A stretch of DNA of 32,000 nucleotides from Desulfuromonadaceae bacterium (GCA_049318985.1 JBMOEI010000031.1:2417-34416), one strand, 5' to 3'. Numbered from the stretch's first letter, positions 1 to 7,180 are shown. The notes: generated by a model not told the origin, from the letters alone. Made by a program: numbers and translations.

Positions 1-1109
1 GGTTGTCGTGCATATTTTTCAAGATCAAGAGTTTTAGGAGGCAAATCCAGTGTTTGCCGGTAGTTGTCATCCACTTCAATAATATCTTTTAAAAGTTCTT
101 CCGTTTCGGGAATGCTGATTCTGTGAGCGAGATTAGATGTATCTCCGTCTGCCATTGCCATCATGATAAAATCTGTTTGAGCCCTTATTTTTTTGCCGTA
201 TGCCCAAGTAAGAACATTTTTGTATGCTTGGCGATTCCCTTTCATTACAGGGCAGCTGATCTGAATAGGAATGTCGGCATTTAGTAACTTTTCGATGGCT
301 GAGAGTGTCCTTTGGTGGGAACCCGGCAACTTGGTTATTGCATCGTGTTCAATCGGGTTCATGCTGTAAACCGATACCTGCACCATGTTGACGTTGATGT
401 CTTTGAGTAGGCTAACAATCTGATCGTCAATAAGTGTTACATTGCTTAAAACGGAGATAGAGAAATCCTTCTCCCGTGCATGGCGTAGTATTTTTTCTAC
501 ATCTTGATGCATAAACATCTCGCCACCACTTAAAATGAGCCCCACGGTACCCATTTCTGCAAATTGGTTTAAGGTGTCAATTACGATGTCAGTATCAAGA
601 TCAGTAGTCTTCTTTTCATGGGGAATGTAGCAGTGAACACAGCGTTCATTGCATCGGTTTGTCAGTTCAATTTGAGCCGCAAAAATGGTTGGCCGCTCAT
701 GGAATTGCTCATAAAAGAAAGCAGATGTGTCGGCCATGCCGGGCTTTCTGTCTGGTTCCATGAAGTTAATAGTAGCCGTTTTCGGATTTTCCCCGGCATA
801 GCTGAAAAAGGGCTCTTTTAGATCAAGCTCTGCCTCGCTTTGACCGGTTACAACATAGCTATGTCGCTCAAGGTCGTCAATAAAATCGGTAAAGTCATCT
901 TTGATCGTTTGGTAGTCAACATCTTCAAATTTGGCAAATATTACGTGAACTATTTCCTCAACTGTACGTGCCTTACGGGACAAACCCGTCAAGAAAACTC
1001 CACCAGCATCATTATAAACTCTGTCATGTTTAGTCAGTTGGCTGGTTACGTAGCCAAATTCACCGTAATTACGGGTAAAAGTATTTTTGCATAGCCTGAC
1101 CAATTTCAT
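1..1109 (-). CDS. Radical SAM peptide maturase with N-terminal PqqD/RRE-like domain (partial; 3' end lies beyond window start)
   Basis: Absent from the ORF track because it has no in-window stop. My translation of the minus strand from ATG 1109..1107 stays open to position 1 (~369 codons). The N-terminus MKLVRLCKNTFTRNYGEFGYVTSQLTKHDRVYNDAGGVFLTGLSRKARTVEEIVHVIFAKFEDVDYQTIKDDFTDFIDDLERHSYVV... looks like a PqqD/RRE leader-binding fold. It is followed by the radical-SAM cluster motif CNERCVHCY (coords 627..653) and a GGE-type motif LILSGGEMF. RBS AAGGAAG lies ~8 nt upstream. Any SPASM/C-terminal part is not visible. Confidence 0.85.
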   Translation of the reverse strand, partial: MKLVRLCKNTFTRNYGEFGYVTSQLTKHDRVYNDAGGVFLTGLSRKARTVEEIVHVIFAKFEDVDYQTIKDDFTDFIDDLERHSYVVTGQSEAELDLKEPFFSYAGENPKTATINFMEPDRKPGMADTSAFFYEQFHERPTIFAAQIELTNRCNERCVHCYIPHEKKTTDLDTDIVIDTLNQFAEMGTVGLILSGGEMFMHQDVEKILRHAREKDFSISVLSNVTLIDDQIVSLLKDINVNMVQVSVYSMNPIEHDAITKLPGSHQRTLSAIEKLLNADIPIQISCPVMKGNRQAYKNVLTWAYGKKIRAQTDFIMMAMADGDTSNLAHRISIPETEELLKDIIEVDDNYRQTLDLPPKTLDLEKYARQ

Positions 1110-1186
1110 TTTCTAACTTCCTTTTGTATTTTTGAAATACATAAATTTGATATGAAAAATAACAGCTTAATCTGTATGCAGTGTTG

Positions 1187-1219
1187 TAAAAAAAATGCCG
1201 GGAGCAACGCGCCCCCGGC
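1187..1219 (-). terminator. Rho-independent terminator / attenuator between precursor peptide gene and maturase gene
   Basis: Read on the minus strand: GCCGGGGGC-GCGTT-GCTCCCGGC (9-bp stem including one G.U pair) followed directly by A-TTTTTTTT. It starts ~10 nt after the precursor A stop and ends ~80 nt before the maturase ATG. Confidence 0.7.
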
Positions 1220-1229
1220 TGTTGCGAGA

Positions 1230-1349
1230 CTACTGTGCGACAAGACAATTTCTGCAACTACCATGACCCGGAAGCTTTTCTGGACAACCCGCAGCATAAC
1301 TGCCTGCCGGTTGGTTCTGTGCAATAACAACTGGTTTTTTGTAAGACAT
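1230..1349 (-). CDS. RiPP precursor peptide A (39 aa, 3 Cys)
   Basis: Below the ORF-track size cutoff. ATG 1349..1347 is preceded by AAAGGAGGTGAT (GGAGG ~8 nt upstream). Translation: MSYKKPVVIAQNQPAGSYAAGCPEKLPGHGSCRNCLVAQ*. It lies directly upstream of an RRE-radical-SAM gene and shares its first ~15 residues with the neighbouring peptide B. Confidence 0.75.
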   Translation of the reverse strand: MSYKKPVVIAQNQPAGSYAAGCPEKLPGHGSCRNCLVAQ

Positions 1350-1410
1350 TAGTATCACCTCCTTTTTTGTTAGGATGTGCTTTTCAAGGCACTTTTGTGT
1401 TTTTCACCCA

Positions 1411-1506
1411 CTACTTAGGACCGCACCGAGTTGGCAAATTCGATGAAGCGGAGAAGCACCCTTGCGGCAGGTTCTGTGCAACAACTACTGGTTTTTTGTA
1501 AGACAT
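1411..1506 (-). CDS. RiPP precursor peptide B (31 aa, 2 Cys)
   Basis: Below the ORF-track cutoff. ATG 1506..1504 is preceded by the same AAAGGAGGTGATACTA RBS block as peptide A. Translation: MSYKKPVVVAQNLPQGCFSASSNLPTRCGPK*. The leader MSYKKPVV[IV]AQN is conserved and the C-terminal core diverges. Confidence 0.7.
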   Translation of the reverse strand: MSYKKPVVVAQNLPQGCFSASSNLPTRCGPK

Positions 1507-1531
1507 TAGTATCACCTCCTTTTTGTGAGAT

Positions 1532-1552
1532 ATGTGCCTTTTGATGGCACAT
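1532..1552. promoter_or_regulatory. Palindrome ATGTGCC-N7-GGCACAT upstream of precursor B (operator or 5' RNA stem-loop); a weaker copy lies at 1375..1393 upstream of precursor A
   Basis: A 7-bp perfect inverted repeat lies 26 nt upstream of the peptide B start codon. No U-tract follows it on the coding strand, so it is not a canonical terminator. Confidence 0.35.
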
Positions 1553-1605
1553 TTTGAGAACATTGTTTTCTCTCTAAAGCCTTTCCGTTCTACTATTTCT
1601 GACTG

Positions 1606-1896
1606 TCAGTCATTTTGAATTTTAACACAAAGAGTGCAATCGCTCGCTGGGTTGCCTTCAACCACTTCTTTGATGATTTTTGTCATTTCTGGCCTGTCAA
1701 CAAAAACACCTTCAAGTTCACCAGCAGAATATTTTGAATTGGCGAGTATAGAGGCATGTTTGATTTCCTCGCCACCTTCAAAGACACACTCATCATGTTT
1801 TTTACATTGTTCAAGTACTCCAGCTTCAATTGCAATTCTTAACGCCACTTCTCTTTTGGCTTCATAGTCTTCCAGCATTTGTTTTCCGCTGCCCAT
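1606..1896 (-). CDS. Hypothetical protein (96 aa, four Cys in two pairs CKKHDEC / CTLC)
   Basis: ORF-track 1606..1935. I prefer the internal ATG at 1896 (MGSGKQMLEDYEAK...) because GGAGAA lies ~8 nt upstream. I recognise no family motif. Confidence 0.5.
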   Translation of the reverse strand: MGSGKQMLEDYEAKREVALRIAIEAGVLEQCKKHDECVFEGGEEIKHASILANSKYSAGELEGVFVDRPEMTKIIKEVVEGNPASDCTLCVKIQND

Positions 1897-1944
1897 AGTT
1901 GTATTCTCCAGCGAGTTGATTTTAAGAATCCACATAAAGACATT

Positions 1945-2289
1945 TCAATTTGAAATATCAAGTCGCCATACGAATTCTTGCGAACACGGTTGCCCAATTG
2001 TATCAGTGACCCGAGTTATTACAACTTCATTACCATCAAAATGCAGATCATAATTCATTCGGTATTCAACGCACGCAATTGAATCTTCATCCCATGTAGT
2101 CCATCTTTTGCTTAGCGTATCCACACCAACATGCACTGTTCGATTATCATAAAGCCAAGCTTGCATCAAACTATCATGAAGGTCATATTTGGTGTCACTT
2201 GACTCTTCGATCAGCACCATATTTTCGTCATAAATATAGATACATACCTTTGGTGGCCATTTGCCTCTTTCATGTGGCTTGATAGTCAT
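1945..2289 (-). CDS. Hypothetical protein (114 aa)
   Basis: ORF-track entry MTIKPHERGKWPPKV..., same strand and tightly spaced with the downstream ORF. No recognisable motif. Confidence 0.45.
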   Translation of the reverse strand: MTIKPHERGKWPPKVCIYIYDENMVLIEESSDTKYDLHDSLMQAWLYDNRTVHVGVDTLSKRWTTWDEDSIACVEYRMNYDLHFDGNEVVITRVTDTIGQPCSQEFVWRLDISN

Positions 2290-2555
2290 AGTATACCTCG
2301 CTTTGATTTATCAACAACTGACCTTTCAGATGCCTCCGCCAAGTCAGTTGGTGGGTCGCGTTTGCTTCATCAACGCAACGTTTGTGGTATTGCCTCCAAC
2401 ATTGTAACATTGCGTTTACGATAAGCTGTTCAACACAACCAATAAAATCATCTCAAACTGTTCCACCACATCCCTACCACAAATCCCTAAAATCTACCAC
2501 TTGCATAATCAACCGCTTGACGTGACGATTGAGCGTCTCCGTCTCCGTTTTCGCC

Positions 2556-2575
2556 ATTTCCGAACGTTCGGAAAT
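2556..2575. promoter_or_regulatory. Perfect 20-bp palindrome ATTTCCGAACGTTCGGAAAT downstream of the ParB-like gene
   Basis: Read directly from the sequence. It is immediately followed (2574..2594) by a second hairpin AATCAGC-N7-GCTGATT, and both lie between the parB-like stop (2627) and the next gene. Confidence 0.4.
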
Positions 2576-2626
2576 CAGCCTAACCAGCTGATTTATAACA
2601 AATTACCTCTCAAAAATACTTCGTTT

Positions 2627-3427
2627 TCAAGGTGCTGCTGTCGTTTGCACCTTCAATTTTTTCATCTTCTCCAGCAACATACTGCGAAGTTTGACTATTG
2701 TCTGGTTGAGCGATACCTTCTGGTCATCGGTCAAAATTGCACCGTCCAGCAGATAGATCCTTTCATAAAATTGATCCACAAAAGCTAGGTCTACAGGCGC
2801 TCCAGTCAGCTTTGGTTTTGCGGCTTTTTTCCTCAGTTCACCCACTGTGAGACCGTTCTCCTTATATTTGTTGTAGAGTGCAGTCATTTTTTCCGGATTC
2901 TTTTGACGTGCTATAAGCGCAAGGATAATCCGGCCTGCCTTGGGTTCATTGCGGCAATCATTCTTCACAGAATCAGGCAGTTTATTGAGAGAGAGGATTT
3001 CAGAAAGTGTCGAATCAGATTTGCCAAGAACAAGAGCCAGATCACCCAGCGTGTATTCATGCTGAGCCCGCAGTTTCTCAATCGCCTCTGCTTCTTCAAT
3101 GGCTGTCAGGTTTTCGCGTAGCAGGTTTTCAACTATGGAAAGCTCCGCTGGATCGCCATCGGTAAAAACAGCCGGAATAGTCAGACAGCCAGCTAGTTTT
3201 GAAGCCTGAAAACGTCGCTCACCGGAAACCAGCAGCAAAGTGCCATCTGTACCCTGACGCACAAGAACAGGTTGCAGAACACCATGCTTCTCAATCGACA
3301 CTTTTAAATCTGCTAGGGCTTGCTCGTCAAAATATTTGCGCGGCTGCTCCGGGTCTGGTTGCAGATCAGCGATGTTTAGATCATACAATTTTCCTTTTTC
3401 GTAGTTGACTTGTGTCGATTTTGCCAT
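2627..3427 (-). CDS. ParB/Spo0J-like nuclease-domain DNA-binding protein
   Basis: ORF-track 2627..3457. I start it at MAKSTQVNYEK (ATG 3427, RBS CAGGAGAT). ParB-box motifs are present: LQPVLVRQ...LLLVSGERRFQASKLAG, and an HTH-like segment YTLGDLALVLGKSDSTLSEILSL. Confidence 0.8.
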   Translation of the reverse strand: MAKSTQVNYEKGKLYDLNIADLQPDPEQPRKYFDEQALADLKVSIEKHGVLQPVLVRQGTDGTLLLVSGERRFQASKLAGCLTIPAVFTDGDPAELSIVENLLRENLTAIEEAEAIEKLRAQHEYTLGDLALVLGKSDSTLSEILSLNKLPDSVKNDCRNEPKAGRIILALIARQKNPEKMTALYNKYKENGLTVGELRKKAAKPKLTGAPVDLAFVDQFYERIYLLDGAILTDDQKVSLNQTIVKLRSMLLEKMKKLKVQTTAAP

Positions 3428-3517
3428 GACGTATCTCCTGTGAAGCCAAGTATTCAAAGCGAAGTAATAGTATCAAAAATCAAAGCATTAGCAATCTGAA
3501 AAAATGACCGACCTGTC

Positions 3518-5131
3518 ATGACCTATCGCCGTTGGATCAGCGAGATCGAGAACAACGGTACCGCCACGGAAGCCCGGACGCACAACAAGCAGCTTCCGTA
3601 CATCCGGCTCTTGAAGCGGATACCGTTCGACCTCGCCATCTTCGACGAAGCCCATAACGCGGCCAACCTGATGAGCAATCAGGGGACCGCGTTCATCCGG
3701 CTTGCCGCAACCGCCAAGAAGGTTCTTGCCCTCACCGCCACCGTGACCAACGGCATGGCGAAATCCATCTACAACATCCTGTGGGGGTTGAATCCAATGC
3801 AAATGCGGAGTGCCGGCTGGGAGATGAAGTCGGCTACTGATTTCCAGACCAAGTACGGAGCGTTCAAGACCGTCAGGAAAACCGATGAGAAAAACCGTCA
3901 CCGTGAATCGGAGCGTGTCACCACCTACGATACGGCTGGCATCTCACCGGCAGCCCTGATATTTACGATTCCCAACTTCGTCAATGTGGACAGTGACGAC
4001 TTCGACGATCTCCCACCGGTAGAACGGGAGGTAATCAAGTGTCAATCACACGCCTTGGTGGAAACCTGTCACCGGAGCATCGAAAACATCATCGAGAAGG
4101 CAGACCTGCCGCCGGAAGACCTCCTGGCAGCTGCAGCCGTCCGCAATGCCGCGTTCCTGCGCGTAAGCGATACGTTCCGGCATTACAACGACGAACTGAA
4201 ACTGCGGGATATTCCGCTTGGCACACTGCACCGGCTGTCGCTTCCCGACGGGGAGCTGCTGCTGGAAAAAGAAGAAAAACTGATTGGTATCGCCCAGGGG
4301 GTGATCGACAGGGGAGAGCGTCTGCTGGTCTATACCGGCAACACGCAGAAGATCGACATGCGCCCCGTCTTGAAACGCATCCTTCGGGATAACGTGCAGG
4401 GCGCCAGCATTGAGATCCTGCCCGACTCGGTTGCTCCAGAAAAGCTGGTCGGCTGGTTTGAGCAGGTAACGGCTCAGGTCGTTGTTGTCTCGTTCCACCG
4501 CGTCGCCACGGGTCTCAACTTATCCCAGTTCAATAACCTGGTCTGGTACGACTACACGTCCAATACCAGGCTGGCCGAACAGGGGGACGGCAGAATCCGT
4601 CGCGTCAATACTGCTGATATCCACCGGGCCCAGTTCGGGGAAGTTCGCCCCGTCCGTTACTGGTATCTCACCTCTTCGGAAGTCCAGGCATTGCAGCTCG
4701 CCTACACTTTAGAAAAGAGGATGGTCGCCAAACTGGCGGAAGGGGAAACACCGGACATCGACCCGGCTGAATGCAGCAGCAGCCAGTCGTTTTCATCCCT
4801 GATGACGAAGGCGCTCAAGGAGGGGAACTTCAACTACACGGACCCATCGTCCCTGTTGAAGAAGATGACCCAGCATGAAAACGCCCGAGTCAGGGGCGAC
4901 AACAAGGCAGAAGCGCCGATTAAAAGCAACATCATCCATCTTCCTACCACCAGGCCGGAACCTGCTCCAACTCCATCATCCATTGCCGTCATCCATTGTG
5001 AAGACGGCAGAGAGGTCACTCGGGACTTGCCATTTGGCATGTACCAGCCCTTGCTGGATGCGGGAGTCCTGGAGTTCACCCTGTTTGGCGTCTATGTGCG
5101 TAATCCCGCTCCCGGGCGGAAATACGCCTGA
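3518..5131 (+). CDS. SNF2/DEAD-like helicase, N-terminally truncated (possible gene remnant)
   Basis: Helicase motif II AIFDEAHN is at residue ~41, motif III LALTATV follows, and C-terminal motifs VVVVSFHRVATGLNL and QGDGRIRRV are present. No Walker A/motif I exists anywhere in the ORF. The reading frame opens only 6 codons upstream of the ATG (stop at 3497..3499). An abrupt AT-rich to GC-rich transition occurs at ~3490-3520. Confidence 0.7.
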   Translation: MTYRRWISEIENNGTATEARTHNKQLPYIRLLKRIPFDLAIFDEAHNAANLMSNQGTAFIRLAATAKKVLALTATVTNGMAKSIYNILWGLNPMQMRSAGWEMKSATDFQTKYGAFKTVRKTDEKNRHRESERVTTYDTAGISPAALIFTIPNFVNVDSDDFDDLPPVEREVIKCQSHALVETCHRSIENIIEKADLPPEDLLAAAAVRNAAFLRVSDTFRHYNDELKLRDIPLGTLHRLSLPDGELLLEKEEKLIGIAQGVIDRGERLLVYTGNTQKIDMRPVLKRILRDNVQGASIEILPDSVAPEKLVGWFEQVTAQVVVVSFHRVATGLNLSQFNNLVWYDYTSNTRLAEQGDGRIRRVNTADIHRAQFGEVRPVRYWYLTSSEVQALQLAYTLEKRMVAKLAEGETPDIDPAECSSSQSFSSLMTKALKEGNFNYTDPSSLLKKMTQHENARVRGDNKAEAPIKSNIIHLPTTRPEPAPTPSSIAVIHCEDGREVTRDLPFGMYQPLLDAGVLEFTLFGVYVRNPAPGRKYA

Positions 5132-5214
5132 CGAAACCTCAACCATCAACCCGTGCGGGGACAGACACCCCCGTAAGGGTCGATCTGTCTCCGCACATTA
5201 CAAGGAGACAGTCC

Positions 5215-5733
5215 ATGTCAAACAACATAAATCAGGACGAACCGACCAACGAGGAGCGTGCCGACCGAATCGACACGGTTATGCAGGCCTACTGCCTGAC
5301 ACTCGAAGGCCGGGATTTCGATGGCGACGAAGATGACGTCAAGGACATGCTCACAGACCTGATGCACTTCTGTGAGCGGATGGGGATCGATTTTGAAGAG
5401 AATCTCCGCGTCGCCCGCAACAACTACAACCATGAACGGCTTGCGGAACAGGGCGATACCGGCCAGCTCGGCTACCCGGTATGCGGCTGCTTTCTGGAAG
5501 TCACCCGTACCGACACCCTGTTGGGGATCGACCGGGAACTGTACGACTGCCAGGAATGCGACGAGACCTTCATCCGGGAACTGAATGCCCCGGACAGTCC
5601 ACTCGAACGGGCCGTTAAATGTGTCGGCTGCGGCAACATGATTCCGCAGGCCTCAGCACGCATCCTGTACCAGCAGGACGACTACGCCCACTTCATCGGC
5701 GAGTGCTGTTGGGACGAACGGCTGCGAGACTGA
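5215..5733 (+). CDS. Hypothetical acidic protein with C-terminal Cys-rich (zinc-ribbon-like) region
   Basis: ORF-track entry with RBS AAGGAGA 7 nt upstream. Cys pairs: CGC, CQEC, CVGC, CC. Confidence 0.55.
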   Translation: MSNNINQDEPTNEERADRIDTVMQAYCLTLEGRDFDGDEDDVKDMLTDLMHFCERMGIDFEENLRVARNNYNHERLAEQGDTGQLGYPVCGCFLEVTRTDTLLGIDRELYDCQECDETFIRELNAPDSPLERAVKCVGCGNMIPQASARILYQQDDYAHFIGECCWDERLRD

Positions 5734-5746
5734 AAGGAGACTGACA

Positions 5747-6259
5747 ATGACCCTTAACGCGACGTTACAGGCGGCACGGGATATGGGAGTGCCAGTGCGT
5801 TACGCAGTAATGCGCCGGCTTGCCTTTCTGCAACCGCACATCAAACATCTGGAGCGTGAAATCTGGGGAGCACGACGGCGGATAGAACACAGTCGCGATC
5901 CTCTGGTTAAGGCCCTGACTGAATCCTTTATCAGAGACCAGGAAAAGGAGCTGCGCCCCCTGAAACGGGAGGCGACGGCGCTCCTGAACCATGTCAACGG
6001 CAAGGAGACGGTGCAGACGCCCGGCGGGATCACCCCGGAGATGATCGACCAAGCCCGGCAGTATCCCATCACCAGCATCATCGACTTCCCCAAGGGAAGG
6101 CACCGGTGCTGTCCGTTTCATGAGGACAGCAATCCATCAATGGCTCTGTATGACAACCATGTCCACTGTTTCGTCTGCAACCGGTCATGGGATTCCATCA
6201 GCGCTGTTATGGAGCTGGATGTGGTGAGCTTCAGGGAAGCCGTGTTGGCGCTCCAGTAA
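5747..6259 (+). CDS. CHC2 (DnaG-primase-type) zinc-finger domain protein
   Basis: CPFHEDSNPSMALYDNHVHCFVCNRSWDSISAVMEL matches the C-x-H-x(n)-C-x2-C CHC2 finger. RBS AAGGAGA upstream. No TOPRIM region is present, so this is a stand-alone finger as commonly seen on ICEs and plasmids. Confidence 0.75.
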   Translation: MTLNATLQAARDMGVPVRYAVMRRLAFLQPHIKHLEREIWGARRRIEHSRDPLVKALTESFIRDQEKELRPLKREATALLNHVNGKETVQTPGGITPEMIDQARQYPITSIIDFPKGRHRCCPFHEDSNPSMALYDNHVHCFVCNRSWDSISAVMELDVVSFREAVLALQ

Positions 6260-6339
6260 TCTGAATCAATAACTTTCAACCCTATGGGGGCGGACACTGC
6301 CCTCGGGGTGGTCCGCCCTCAACATTTCAGGAGGCGGAC

Positions 6340-6831
6340 ATGAATCTCGATCTCTTCGGAGAACCAGTAGCATCTACAACAAAAAGAATCTTCATAAAAT
6401 CAATTGAAGCCCGTTACCGCAACGAAGTTGTCAGAGATGACGCCCCGAAATGGGTATCGATGCGCTTTACGCAACCCCAGCAGGTATTCGAGATGTTCCG
6501 GGAACTCCGTCTGGAGACGAAGGAGCATTTCATTACCTTGCATCTTGATGGTAAAAACCGGATCGTCTGCTTTGATCGAGTCTCAATTGGCTCGCTCAAT
6601 CAGGCCATCGTGGTAGGAAGAGAAGTTTTCAAAACGGCATGCATCTCAAATGCGGCGGCAATCATTCTGATGCACAATCACCCTACAGGTGACCCGACAC
6701 CCAGCCAGGAAGATATCGCCATTACCAGACGTCTCAAGGAAAGTGGCGAAATTCTAGGCATCAAGGTTTTGGATCACATCATCATTGGTGATGGCGAGTT
6801 CCTGAGTTTTGTCGAACGGGGACTCTTGTAA
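6340..6831 (+). CDS. radC: RadC-like JAB/MPN domain protein
   Basis: JAMM-type motif ILMHNHPTGDPTPSQEDI (H-x-H-P-x-G...S-x-x-D). Size and tail (LDHIIIGDGEFLSF) are typical of RadC/DUF2466. RBS AGGAGG upstream. Confidence 0.85.
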   Translation: MNLDLFGEPVASTTKRIFIKSIEARYRNEVVRDDAPKWVSMRFTQPQQVFEMFRELRLETKEHFITLHLDGKNRIVCFDRVSIGSLNQAIVVGREVFKTACISNAAAIILMHNHPTGDPTPSQEDIAITRRLKESGEILGIKVLDHIIIGDGEFLSFVERGLL

Positions 6832-6839
6832 ATAATAAT

Positions 6840-6869
6840 GAGGGAGCGGCGCTTTGTGCGCCCTCCCTC
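6840..6869 (+). terminator. GC-rich stem-loop after radC (weak terminator)
   Basis: GAGGGAGCGGCGC-TTTGT-GCGCCCTCCCTC followed by GATTCTTCC (poor U-tract). Confidence 0.4.
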
Positions 6870-6882
6870 GATTCTTCCCCCA

Positions 6883-6941
6883 GCCCAAAAGGGTTCCTTA
6901 GAGCCACCGCCCAGCGGTGGTTGTAGGGAGCCCTTTTGGGC
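6883..6941. other. Nested (hairpin-within-hairpin) inverted repeat, possible structured RNA or protein-binding site
   Basis: Outer arms GCCCAAAAGGG(TTCC) at 6883..6897 pair with (GGAG)CCCTTTTGGGC at 6927..6941. The inner hairpin CCACCGC-CCA-GCGGTGG is at 6904..6920. Confidence 0.35.
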
Positions 6942-6971
6942 CACCATCACAACGATAAGGGGGATAGAGTC

Positions 6972-7109
6972 ATGTCAGTTCGAGCACGCATTAACGGTAG
7001 GGAATTCACACTGAGTTGGGAGGAGTTTGAAAAGGCGCTGCACAGGAGCAATCTTGCAGGCGGCGAATTTGAAGTTCTTGCCATTCTTTCGGGAGTGAAA
7101 CCCTACTAG
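6972..7109 (+). CDS. Small hypothetical protein (45 aa), not in ORF track
   Basis: ATG 6972 is preceded by AAGGGGGATAGAGTC. Translation: MSVRARINGREFTLSWEEFEKALHRSNLAGGEFEVLAILSGVKPY*. It is followed by two hairpins including a canonical terminator. Confidence 0.5.
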   Translation: MSVRARINGREFTLSWEEFEKALHRSNLAGGEFEVLAILSGVKPY

Positions 7110-7145
7110 AGTCTTCAGGCCGGATACCCGTCCGGCCTGGATAGA

Positions 7146-7176
7146 GGCGGCCCTTGTGGTCGCCTTTTTTATTTTT
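7146..7176 (+). terminator. Rho-independent terminator ending the plus-strand gene block
   Basis: GGCGGCC-CTTGT-GGTCGCC followed by TTTTTTATTTTT. It is preceded by a 9-bp-stem hairpin CAGGCCGGA-TACCCG-TCCGGCCTG (7116..7139). Confidence 0.75.
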
Positions 7177-7180
7177 ACAG

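Larger units (their letters stand above)
1313..1556 (-). repeat. Tandem duplication carrying RBS, leader-coding 5' end and upstream palindrome of the precursor genes (two ~86-bp units, 157-bp period)
   Basis: Unit 1 (1313..~1398) and unit 2 (1470..~1556) align by eye with few mismatches: ggttctgtgcaa(t/c)aac..ctggttttttgtaagacattagtatcacctcctttt(t)tgt...atgtgc...ggcac. Confidence 0.8.

Noticed and set aside
618-1094. Plus-strand ORFs of 67 and 84 aa (618..821, 840..1094)
   Set aside because: They lie antisense to the radical SAM gene, whose minus-strand frame is open across the whole region and carries the CxxxCxxC and RRE motifs. They are shadow ORFs.
1069-1352. ORF-track entries 1069..1257(-), 1106..1330(-) and 1152..1352(+) overlapping the precursor/terminator region
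   Set aside because: They have no RBS and low-complexity products, and they cut through a terminator hairpin. The 39-aa frame, with a perfect SD and a leader shared with a paralogue, explains the region better.
3488-4498. Minus- and plus-strand ORFs inside the helicase gene (3488..3901-, 4039..4392+, 4046..4498-)
   Set aside because: These are typical long shadow frames of a GC-rich gene, with Arg/Pro/Gly-rich products and no motifs.
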